A DNA stretch of 64,000 bases from Hypanus sabinus (Eukaryota), in NCBI RefSeq assembly GCF_030144855.1, contig NC_082727.1, forward strand, positions 41,912,001 to 41,976,000, in the 5' to 3' direction. Positions 48,182-58,610 of the stretch are shown here, one piece after another (position 1 is the stretch's first letter; the number at the start of each line of letters is the position of its first letter). The notes beneath the pieces are model-generated. The model saw only the letters and a program-made list of their open reading frames with translations, was not told where the DNA came from and ran no database searches. The translations under genes and the position numbers were made by a program.

Positions 48182-50946
48182 CACTGATTCTTGAGACTTC
48201 GATGAAAACATGTCCCACTAAGAAAAGTGCTGGGTTTATCATTTGAGGGTCTTTTGTACAAATGCTACATTTTTTCATATGTTTGTTTTTAATTTTATAA
48301 ACTATATGATTATATGATAGCCCAGTACCCACAAAATCAGTTGTCCTCAGACAAGAGATTATCATTTCAATTTGGTAAAAAAAAGTGTGAAAAAATCATT
48401 TAAAATGTATAATATATATGCCAGATGAAAGAGTAGAGTGAAAAACCCCTTTAAAACTAAAAGCAGTGAATTTTCAACAATATTTACTCTTATTTTGTCA
48501 TTGCTCAAAATATGTCCAAAGTTTTTGTCAACACTGTCAGGTACTTATAAAAAAACAATAAAATTAGGCAACCACATGGTCAAGTATATTCCTGAGGACC
48601 CCCTTTCCACCCTCCACATCTGCTAAATGCAACAGGGTCAAACAAGCTCCTGTAAGTCTGCTATTTTTTCAATAATGTTTACATATTTATTGATGTAATT
48701 TTTACATATTATGCTGTAGCACTTAATTTTTATTCACAGTTATGTTGTAAATAACACTATTCTTTTGCGCTTCTGGTTAGATGATAATTGCATTTCATTG
48801 GCTTTGTATCTGTACTTGGCACAATGACAATAAAGTTGAATTTAATCTAATCTAATCTAATCTAATCTAATCTAATGTTGCTACTGTCACAACCATGACG
48901 TGTCAACACTGTCTCTTTTGTATAGAAAGAATTATTTTAAATTATGACATAAATTTATGCATTTTAAATAGAGGACAGAGGCAGCTAGCAACAGAGGGAA
49001 AACAAGGTGGCTCCTGTATAAAACTCATGGATGTCATGTAAAAAAGTGTGTTTTTGTCACCACTGTCAGACGTCAACACTGTCAGGTTTTCTGTCTGACT
49101 GTGATGACACATAGTTTGATGGTGTTGACAAAAACATCCATATGATCCTCAATGGAGGCTTGAATATAATTTATGATCACAATAAATAGTACTGTGGTGT
49201 GTAATGTTTCATTAACCTCTTTATTTATAATATACATAATTTCCCCCTTACTTCTTCCACAGAGCCTACAATATTTCCTTACTATATGATTCCCCAATGA
49301 CTAAAACCATAAATGAATTTAGTTGCACTGTTTCATAATCATTTTATAAAATTTCACCAAATTAAACATAAGTAATTTCATAGCAATTTTGCACAATTTC
49401 ATAGTAATTCCATTGAATTCTGACCTTCCTTTTACGTATTTAAGGAGGTTATGGCTAGGCAGCAGCTATTAGTGGAGGAGCGAAGGAGAAGAAACAGGGA
49501 ATACCAAAAAAAAGCGGAGAGAGAAAATATATCGTGAACCAGAGTTAAAGGATGAATACCTGAGAAAGGAAAAGCAAAGATGGAAGAAGAGAGTAGAGGA
49601 TGGGAAGATAAAAACTATCAGTGATTTGAATGAAAGGGAAAAGAAGAGTAAGAGAAAGGCATGGAAATGTAGACAGCAAGAGTCAAGAGAGCGTGAGAGA
49701 AAGCTGATGGAGGAAATAGAGCAGGAACCCCAGCGTGGTCCTGACAAGACCACGACAGATATATCTGTTGGTGTCATTAATTGTGGAGATTGGCTTGCAG
49801 TCATTTATGACCAAAATTGGTGATTAGCAAAGACTGTCACTGTGGATGCTCATCATCAAGATGTTCAGAAGGAGTTTTTCCATCCTCATGGGTCCAACAC
49901 GAGCTCCCATCCAAAACCAGGTGGAAAGGATATGTGCTTCGTACCAGTTGAAGATATTCTGGTCAGACTGATGGGCCGAATGGTCTACTTCTACACCTGT
50001 TGTCTATTGTCTATTGCTATCATCACTGGGTTGTGCAAGCAGGATGCGGGAGATCTACCACCTGTCTGCTGAAGTCATGGACTTCATAGAGGAGGAGCAT
50101 ATTAATCGTCTACTTCCTGATAAAGCTGACTGAAGGTTTTCGAGCCCAGAAATGGATGGAAATTTTTTTTCAGTTCCTGGTGTGCTTTCTGATATTTATG
50201 CTTAAACATTGCAGTTGTACTGTAGCTTTTATTTTGCTGTTTACCGTTGTTGTTAATATTTACAGAAGGATAAAATGTACATGACAAATTGTTACTTGTT
50301 GTACCAAATTGTTAAATAAAGTTGTTAAGCAAGGAAGCATTAACTTGAGTGGTGTAAAGGTTCGAGTTGTTTGTTGTAATTAGGCACTGCAACCACCGTC
50401 AGGTCTCAGTCACCACCGTCAAATGGAACTTACTTTGTTTTAAATTAATATGCTTACTGTCTGTTCCTCCAAAACAGTTGCTTTATTAAAGTAATTGTCT
50501 CTTTAAAATTAAAAATGTGTTTTATGTCCAAAATTGTTTATTTGTATATTTAATGCTAATGATAGAAGTTGTATAATGTAAGAGTTTTTGAAGGAATACA
50601 TGTGAAATAGTATAAAAAATGAACAAAATTGAATATTCAATATTTAACAGCATATATGAGTACCTATGGTGTAGACACAATGATTTAAAAGCTCTAAGTC
50701 TATATAAGACTAAATAAATAGGAATAATTAGCTTTTTATTGTGTCTGACTGTGTTGACAAAAACTAATTAATGACAGGAAAAACACGTATTTTATGAAAA
50801 AATTACAAAATCAGAAGGTTGCACCAAAATATTGCTTGATTGCTGAGACCTTGTTCTATAAACATTTATGTTTAGATTTCTTATCATTTAAAATTTTTTC
50901 TTTTCAAAATTAAAACCTGTTTTATCCAAATTCTCAAGAATCAGTG
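48182..50946 (+). mobile_element. Non-autonomous CACTG-ended DNA transposon (CMC/EnSpm-Chapaev-like) with internally deleted transposase
   Basis: TIRs cactgattcttgagacttcgatgaaaacatgt (48182) versus the reverse complement of the right end, cactgattcttgagaatttggataaaacaggt (ends 50946); the first 15 bp are identical. It carries subterminal GTCAMCACWGTCAG repeats and transposase-like N- and C-terminal peptides at 49451-50000. The host CR1 resumes at 50947. Confidence 0.85.
48610..48876 (+). mobile_element. LINE 3' fragment with (AATCT)n tail inserted in the CACTG element
   Basis: aataaagttgaattt followed by about six aatct units (48844-48876). Confidence 0.7.
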
Positions 50947-51290
50947 CTATATCCCTCTGCAGACTTCAGCCTCCTCAACACCACCTGCCTTTCCACCTAT
51001 CTTGGTATCATCTGCAAACCTGTCCACAAAGCTATCACTTCCATCATCCAAATAATTGACATATAATGTGATTAGAAGTAGTCCCCACACTGACCCTACA
51101 GAACAGCTCAGGCCACTGGCAGCCAACCAGAAAGGCCCACTTTATTCCCACTCTTTGCCTCCTGCCAGTCAGCCAATTCATGCCAGTGTCTTTCCTATAA
51201 TACCATGGGCTCTTAATCATGTTAAACAGCCTCCTGTGTGACACCTTGTCAAAGGCCTTCTGGGTAATCCAAGAGAACAACATCTCCTTT
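50947..51290 (-). mobile_element. CR1 LINE, continuation of 47620-48181
   Basis: ORF 51044-51283 QKAFDKVSHRRLFNMIKS; the sequence is collinear with the CR1 left of the transposon. Confidence 0.85.
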
Positions 51291-51859
51291 GTGTATCCTG
51301 CTTGTTATTTCCTCAAAGATTTCCAAAAGATTTCAGTGAGGACTTGAAAACAAGTCTTGAGATCAAGGCTTCATTGAATGTCAAAGCCCATCTTTTTACA
51401 GCAGCTGGCCATCAATGCTGGGTATAGCTGTGCTCGGTATCTGGATGCACCATGTTGAAGTGTTGGGAGCCAGTCTTCCAGTGGGAAATTGGCTCCTGGA
51501 CTATGTTGGGAAAAACGACATAGTCCAGAGTTATTTACGCTTATGCTTGGTGCAGTGGGAGATCATCTTCATATTACCTGCACAGTATTTTACTCTGAAC
51601 TCTTTTCTTCAATTCACTTTTTGGACATGGGTGTTGTTGCTAAGATTACTTTGCCACTCATCATTCCTGATGTAAGTGCTGTTCAGTCATTGCTGAATGT
51701 AGGCATAGATTCAGAAGCTAGAATGGAACTGCTCACCATGCAACCATCAACAGGCAACCCTCTTTCAACATGTTGATATTGGAATGGCAAAGCAGCTGAC
51801 AATGACTGGGGCAAGGCACCGTCCCTATTAACTCCTACAGCTCTCTACTGAGATTAAAA

Positions 51860-52215
51860 CTGCTGAATATTGAAAGGCCTAGACAGAGGGGACATGAAAT
51901 AGATGCTTCCTATAGTGGGAGAGTCGAAGACCAGAAGACACAACCTGAGAGTAGCTTCTCCATTTATAACAAAGATGAACAGGAATGCCTTCAGCCAGAG
52001 GATGGTGAATCCATGGAATTCGTTGCCACAGACAGCTGTGGATGCCAAATCATTATGTTATTTAAACTGGAGTTTCATAGTTATTTAATTAAGAATGACA
52101 TTAATGATTATGGGGAGAAGGATGGAGAATAGGGTTGAGAGGGGAAAATAAATCAGATATGTTTGAATGGCAGAGCAGAATTGATGCATTGAATGGCCTA
52201 ATTCTAATTCTATGT
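51860..52215 (+). mobile_element. CR1 LINE 3' fragment
   Basis: ORF 51903 LPIVGESKTRRHNLRV...FSQRMVNPWNSLPQ and a CR1 tail. Confidence 0.85.
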
Positions 52216-52981
52216 TTTATTGCCTTATAAAACCCTTACTAGCTCTTTTTTTCCCCTTTTAAAATGGTTTAAGGTTAACTTTCATGATTAACTGTTTAAA
52301 TACTCTCTTACATGACTTCATTAGATAAAACTCCATTTAAGTCCCTCAAGATCTTTTAATTAAAGGCACAAAAGAAGCAAATTATATTTGCTGTTGTTAA
52401 TAATACATGCTCAATGTGATTAAGACTTTTCAATGGAAGATTGGATTTAGAAAACTTCCTGATTGGATCACTATGTAACTTACAAATTATTTAATAAGTG
52501 ATTTTAAACGGCTATGTAAGTTCAACTACAGTTAATTGGTATAAATGTTTATTGCAGTGTTAATGACCAAAAATCTTATTGTCTGGAAAATCGGACTAAT
52601 AAGAATAGAGATTTAAGACTTAAGATATTATTGGTGATAAAGTATAGTGACAAAATTTATTAGGTTAGAAATTCGTAAAGAAAAGCTGTCCTAACTATAT
52701 ATTTTAAATGTTTATTAAAAATATGAATGCACTAACATTTTGTATCTTTACCTGTGATTGGATTCTTGAAAAGCATTAAAGCTTTTAATTCTTCTTCTGA
52801 CACATGCACACTTATTACTGGAACAAAATTTATTCAATAGATTTTATTGGATTATTACAGAAATTAAAAATCAGCTAATTTCAGAATAATGGTATTGGTC
52901 AAAGTAAGTTACCTCATATCATGTCTGAAGATGTTACAATATTGCGTTGAGAGTTTTCTAGTATTATTATTTGTTTTGCAG

Positions 52982-53152
52982 GATGCATTGGATCTTTTGG
53001 CAGAAAACTGTGAGTTCAATGAAACTTATGGCTCCTATGTGACCTATTCAAGAGCAACATCAGTACTAAAATCACTTCCTTATACAATAAGTGGAATGAA
53101 TGACCTGGAGGAACTGCCCTGTTTTGGAGAACAGACAAGAACCATAATTGAG
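52982..53152 (+). CDS. DNTT: TdT coding exon 4 (8-kDa domain)
   Basis: ttgttttgcag|GAT...GAG|gtacag, 171 nt. Translates to DALDLLAENCEFNETYGSYVTYSRATSVLKSLPYTISGMNDLEELPCFGEQTRTIIE; LAENCEF and SVLKSLP are TdT-type rather than Pol mu-type. Confidence 0.97.
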
Positions 53153-53419
53153 GTACAGAATGTTGTAAAGAGTATTACAAGTCAATAATATTCATCAAGT
53201 TGTATTATACATGCACACTTTGACAATAAAATGTACCTTTGAACCTATAAACCTTTGATCTCTCTGCTATAACAGTGATTGAATATTCTATATTTCTTCA
53301 ACACAACCACATAAATTGGAAAAGTCTGCATCTTAATTTTTTTTCATTTTTTAAGATATAATTTTCCCTACAAATCTGAGTAAAGTGCTGAGCATAAATA
53401 GTCAAATTAATGTTTTCAC

Positions 53420-53880
53420 AGACCTTTAGTTTGATGAGAACCACAACCTTGTCGTGGTTTGGAGGCTTGCGTGCCTTAATGACTCAGAGAGCTATGCTGG
53501 CCAGATTCAGAGCTTTAACTGAATCAGAATCAGAATCACATTTAATATCTCAAGTATATGTTGTAAAGTTTGTTATGCTTTGGCTCTTGTTAGAGTCACC
53601 CGTGCCAAACAGGTCAAAGAGTAGAGGCCACACTAAGAGCGGTCCACTGTTCCTCCAGCTTCATGGCTAACAACCCTGACTAGTTAAATAAAACTGTTAT
53701 GGAAACAGCAGTGAAGAACCCTTCTGAGTGTGACGGTATTCCTGAGTGTCCACCTGGGACTTACATGGCTGACAGAAGTGTAAACCAAGAGGAAGCTACT
53801 GGCACGATGAAGGAAGCTAGACATAGAGGAACTTCATTGCTGCCCTAAATGCCAGTGGCGTAATGGGCAGTAAGTAACTT
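53420..53880 (+). mobile_element. Short RTE-derived element (5' and 3' ends joined) containing a LINE-tail insertion
   Basis: 5'-type aaccacaaccttgtcgtggtttggaggcttgcgtgcc and 3' end ttcattgctgccctaaatgccagtggcgtaatgggcagtaagtaa. An inverted (tgattc)n-tailed piece sits at about 53520-53580. Confidence 0.55.
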
Positions 53881-54328
53881 AGCTTGAGTAGCACTCATGT
53901 TTAGCCCAGCCTGAACACTAACATATTACTTAACTTTGTAATATATCACATTTATACTTGCCCTTTACACAGTGCTCTGCAAAAAAAAAAGAAAAGCAGT
54001 TGTCAAATTCTTCCCCTGTGAGTCCACATGGCTCTCCTGACACGAATTACCCCAAATCCCCATCCTTCACACTAGAGATATGCTGCCAGAGGCAGAGACC
54101 CTCACAATGTCTAAGTAGCTAGATGATCACTTGAATTTCCAAGGCACAAAAGGCTACAGATCAAGTGCAGATTTAATAGGATTAGTAAAGGCGGGTACTG
54201 GATAAACTGCATCGACAAGGTGTGTCAAAGAGCCTATTTCTCTGCTATATGGCTCTTGTTCTATTTAGAATTACCAGCACAATTTTATGGCTTTCTGTTA
54301 TTAACATTTACTTCATGCTTTCACACAG

Positions 54329-54400
54329 GAAATTCTGGAAGAGGGCTTTTCCTCTAAGGTCAATAATCTGTTGCAGGATGAGAAGTACAAAGCAAGGAAG
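54329..54400 (+). CDS. DNTT: TdT coding exon 5
   Basis: ttcacacag|GAA...AAG|gtaaat, 72 nt. Translates to EILEEGFSSKVNNLLQDEKYKARK (human [24 protein letters not shown]). Confidence 0.95.
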
Positions 54401-54694
54401 GTAAATAACATGCAATAGCCTTTTGGAGGTATCAATAGAACGGAGTATCAGCTTAAGTGTGTAACATAGAGAATGCTTCACTGGATGTCGAATATGTAGA
54501 GGGTGTTGGCGTGCAGTCAGGGAAAGTATATAATGAATGGGTGTGTAAGTGAGTGGTGCTATATAATGGGTGTTGTAGGCAATGGAGAGTCAAGCTGTTG
54601 CCACTGTTTCCAACCACTCTTCAACTCCATATGCCAGCCCCATCCTTTGGTTGAAATATACCTTCAATGTTTCCGGTTTCAGTTTTCTGCACAT

Positions 54695-56260
54695 CTAGAA
54701 TCAGAATCAGATTTATAATCACCATCTTATATGACATTTTTTTGTTATATGCCAACGGCGCAATTGAAAGACTTAAAATTACTATAACTAACAAAGTAAA
54801 TAAATCAATGATTAATAAGGTAGTGTTCATGGATTTTTCAGAAAACCGAAGCTGTTCCTGAATCATTGAGTGTGGGTCTTCTGGTTGCTATGCCTCCTAC
54901 CCAATGGTGGTAATGAGAAGAGGCCATCTTGCAGGTGTTGGGGATCCATAGCAGTGGGCTCCACCACCTTGAGGCACTGCCACTTGAAGCTCTCCTTGAT
55001 GGTGGGGAGGATTGTGTCCATGATGGAGCTGGCTGAGTTTACATAGAAACATAGAAACATAGAAAATAGGTGCAGGAGTAGGCCATTCAGCCCTTTGAGC
55101 CTGCACCGCTATTCAGTATGATCTTGGCTGATCATCCAACTCAGAACCCTGTACCTGCTTTCTCTCCATACCCCCTGATCCCTTTAGCCACAAGGGCCAT
55201 ATCTAACTTCCTCTTAAATATAGCCAATGAATCGGCCTCAACTGTTTCCTGCGGCAGAGAAGTCCACAGATTCACCACTCTCTGTGTGAAGAGACAACCT
55301 CTTTCGATCTTGTACTTAGTAGCTTTCATACCAGGCTGTGATACAAACAGTCAGAATGCCTCCACTGTGCATCTAGAAATTTGCTAAAGTCTTTACTGAC
55401 AAACCAAATCTTAATCTCCTAATAAAGTAGAGCTACTCATGTGCCTTTTTCATGATTGTATCAATGTATTGGGCCAGAATAGACCTTTGGAGATGTTGAC
55501 AGCCAAGGACTTAAATCTGCTCACCCTGTTCACCTAACCCTCTCAATGAGACTGGTGTGTGTACTCCCAACTTCCCCTTCCTGAAGTCCACAATCAATTC
55601 TTTGGTCTTGCTAATGTTGAGGGTGAAGTTTTTGTTACGATACCGCTCTGCCGGCCATTCTATCACACCTCTGCACACCTGCTTTTACCTTCTGAGATTT
55701 TACTGACAATGGTTTCAATACAAATTTATAAATAGCATTTGAGCTGTCTGTGGCCACATAGACATAAGTATAGAGAGGGTAGAGCAGTGTGTTAAGTATA
55801 CATCCTTGAGATGTGCCTGTATTGTCTGTTGATGAGGAGGAGATACTATCACTGACTGTGGTCTTCTAATGAGGAAGCTGAGGATCCCATTGCAGTGGGA
55901 AGTAAAGAGGCTTAGGTTTAGAAGCTTGGTGATGGAAGGATGACGGTGTTGAATGCTGAGTTGTAACTGATAAGCAGCTTGACTTAGGATTGCTGTTGCC
56001 CAAGTACTCCGAAGTAGAGTGGAGAGCCATTGAGCTTGTGAGTCTTGTAGACCTGTTATCGTGGTAGCAAGTTGCAACAGGTCTCGATGCTTGCTAAGGC
56101 AGGAGTTAATTCTAGCCATCAGCAACCTCTTGAAGCTCGTCATTATGATAAATGTGAGGGTTGCTGGACAGTAGTCACTGAGGAAGCTCACCGTGCACTT
56201 CTTGGGCACAGTTATGATTGATGTCCTTTTGGAGCTGCTGGGAGCTGCAGACCACAGCAG
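54695..56260 (-). mobile_element. Rex1/Babar-like LINE, decayed, split by a CR1 insertion
   Basis: ORF 55715-56323 TSIITVPKKCTVSFLSDYCPATLT..MTSFKRLL and ORF 54863-55060 DPQHLQDGLFSLPPLGRRH; tail (tctgat)n at about 54695. Confidence 0.85.
55044..55293 (-). mobile_element. 5'-truncated CR1 insertion with (ATAGAAAC)3 tail
   Basis: ORF 55141-55329 LFTQRVVNLWTSLPQETVEADSLAIFKRKLD. The Rex sequence is continuous across it (gagttt|aca ... aca|acctc). Confidence 0.85.
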
Positions 56261-56710
56261 TGGGAAGTGGGAATGTGATTTGAAGAAAATATTATATCTC
56301 TCTTTACATCTCTTACCAATCATGGGAGTTATGAAGCCCCAGTTTGTGATATTCTTGACCAGTTTGTGATGTGGGCATCACAACCTAAATTATATTGAGG
56401 TTATCAATTAATATTTATTGTCATTCTAATTAATATAAGATGATTGATTAATACATAAACTGTAGAATTTTTGAAATTAAATTTTGTATAATACTAGAAA
56501 GTACGCTAACATGAGGATATTAATAATTTTTCAGTTCATATAAGCCTGTTGAGAAGGTTTGTGCATTTATTCTTTAGACTTCAGTTCTCTGTGACATTTT
56601 TATTCATTCATTAATATAACATAAGAATGATAACAGTATACTGTATGTGATGCAGCTTTGGACCCAGATACAGTGAATATCTCTAGTTAATAAATATTAT
56701 CTTACTGCAG

Positions 56711-56834
56711 CTGTTCACCAGTGTCTTTGGAGTGGGAGTGAAGACAGCTGACAAGTGGTATGGACTAGGGTTTCGGACTTTAGAAGAAGTAAAAGCAACC
56801 AAAGATCTGGCGTTTACCAAAATGCAGAGGGCAG
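56711..56834 (+). CDS. DNTT: TdT coding exon 6 (fingers, helix-hairpin-helix)
   Basis: ttactgcag|CTG...GCAG|gtaata, 124 nt. Translates to LFTSVFGVGVKTADKWYGLGFRTLEEVKATKDLAFTKMQRA plus the first base of G, ending in phase 1. Confidence 0.97.
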
Positions 56835-57589
56835 GTAATATTTGGAACAGTGAAGTGTCCAGATATTTTGTACTATATTAACTTATTGGTCAAAACCATG
56901 CATTATCAATGATTATTTTCATTCTCTCTTTGTTTCTTCCTTGCTCCCCTATGGAGACCCTTTAACAGTATGAAGCCATGGTAAGGTGAGCTCAAATAGA
57001 TTGTTGTTTGTATTTGTGTACTGAGATTTGTTGGATGTGAGTGGCAGGTTGGCTTTAACTACTCTTCCTGATCCTGCTAAAATCTGGCTTCCTTTTTGTC
57101 CCTAGCTGAGAACATCTTTAGTCACTCTTCCCTATGAATGCTGATGGGACCTCAGCCAATATCTTACTTCTTTCCCATCCACCCATTGCAAAGTAGAAGT
57201 TGACACTAATGGGGATTATGGCAAGAATCTTAATATATTTTCTGTTCTTCATCTCCGAAGACTTTCACATAGACTTTGGCATCAATAGATATAAAATAAC
57301 TGACATGAAAGTGTACAAAAAGCAGCCCTGTTATGACTATGATATGACCCTGTTATGACCCTCACTGAGGGTGAGGTAATCTTGGTGTTCGGAATCCTGC
57401 TTGTCAGCACCTATGCTTCTGTCTCATCCTGTCAATCAAATTCCAAACTTCACTTCACAGGCTCCAGCAGTTTCCGTAACACAATCAATACAAAAAAAAA
57501 GTAGAAGATGTAGAGAAAGTGAAATATTTGAAGGTATGCTATCTGGAAGATATCACCAAAGGAATTGCTGTTCATTGCTGCTATCTTGA

Positions 57590-58125
57590 CTGAAGTCTGA
57601 GAATAACATTGAGGAGTTTGAAGTTGCTGATCCTCTCCCCCTCTGATCCCTCAATGAAGACTGGCAGATGGACCTCTGGTTTCCTCCTCCTGAAGTCAAT
57701 AACCATTTCCGTGGTCTTGCTGACATTGAGTGATATGAGGTTAATGTGGCACTATTCAACCTGAATGTGGCACTATCTTCTCCCAAAATGCTGATTGTCA
57801 CCATCCCTGATTTGGCCAGTGACAGTGGTGTCATCAGCAAACTTAAGTATAGCATTGGAGCTGTGCTTAGCCTCACAGTCATATGTATAAGGCAAGTAGA
57901 GCAGGGTCTAAGCACTCAGACTTGTGGAGCACCTGTGCTGATGGACATTGTGGAGCAGTTGTTGTTGCCAATCCAAAATTACTAGGGTCTGCAAGTGAAG
58001 AAATTGAGGATTCAATTGCACAATGGGTATTGAGATCAAGGCCTTGAAGCTTATTGATTAGTTTTGAGAGGATCATAGTATTGAATGCTAAGTTGTAGTC
58101 GATAAGGAGCATCCTAATGAACATT
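57590..58125 (-). mobile_element. Rex1/Babar-like LINE RT fragment
   Basis: IRMLLIDYNLAFNTMILSKLINKLQGL; FADDTTVTG-like motif; LPVFIEGSEGERISNFKLL. Confidence 0.85.
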
Positions 58126-58564
58126 CATAGAAAGATCTCCAAAATACCCAAAAAGGCTATAACGTAATAGTAATCCTTAAATTAGCAATGACCTTTAATT
58201 GTCAGATGCTCACCGAATAAAAACTGAAGGGTTGAAATATCAATAGTTGATAATGTTTCAATAGGTTGTCTGTTAGCGCATCATTATAACAAGGAATAAT
58301 ATTAAAGATAAAAAGAAAAAAATAGCTATTACCAGCACCTTCAAAGATGTTACCTTTCAATGATCCAAGTCAGAGTATGTGATAGGTTAAATTTTTTTCT
58401 CATCAAAATTCATGATACACTGATTCTTCTAAACAAAGTGTGATGGATAATGGGATTTGAAGAGACTAAGTGATTTTGGTCATAGCAGAGAGGCAGAGAA
58501 CAACCAACAGAAAATTGAAGACATTAACTAAGGGAAGGAAACCAACTGATTTCTTGGTTTAGAG

Positions 58565-58610
58565 CAGTGTATTGGTCCATGACATAAAAAAGGTCGGGAG
58601 CCCCTGGTTT
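58565..58610. mobile_element. hAT (Charlie-like) MITE end fragment
   Basis: ggtccatgacataaaaaaggtcgggagcccctg resembles common hAT-MITE termini; only one end seen. Confidence 0.4.

Noticed and set aside
3984-56834. Gene call as POLM (DNA polymerase mu)
   Set aside because: GVGVKTADKWY is Pol mu-like, but SDSVTHIV, ENNS, LAENCEF, SVLKSLP, LFTSVFG and FTKMQ.AG all match TdT.
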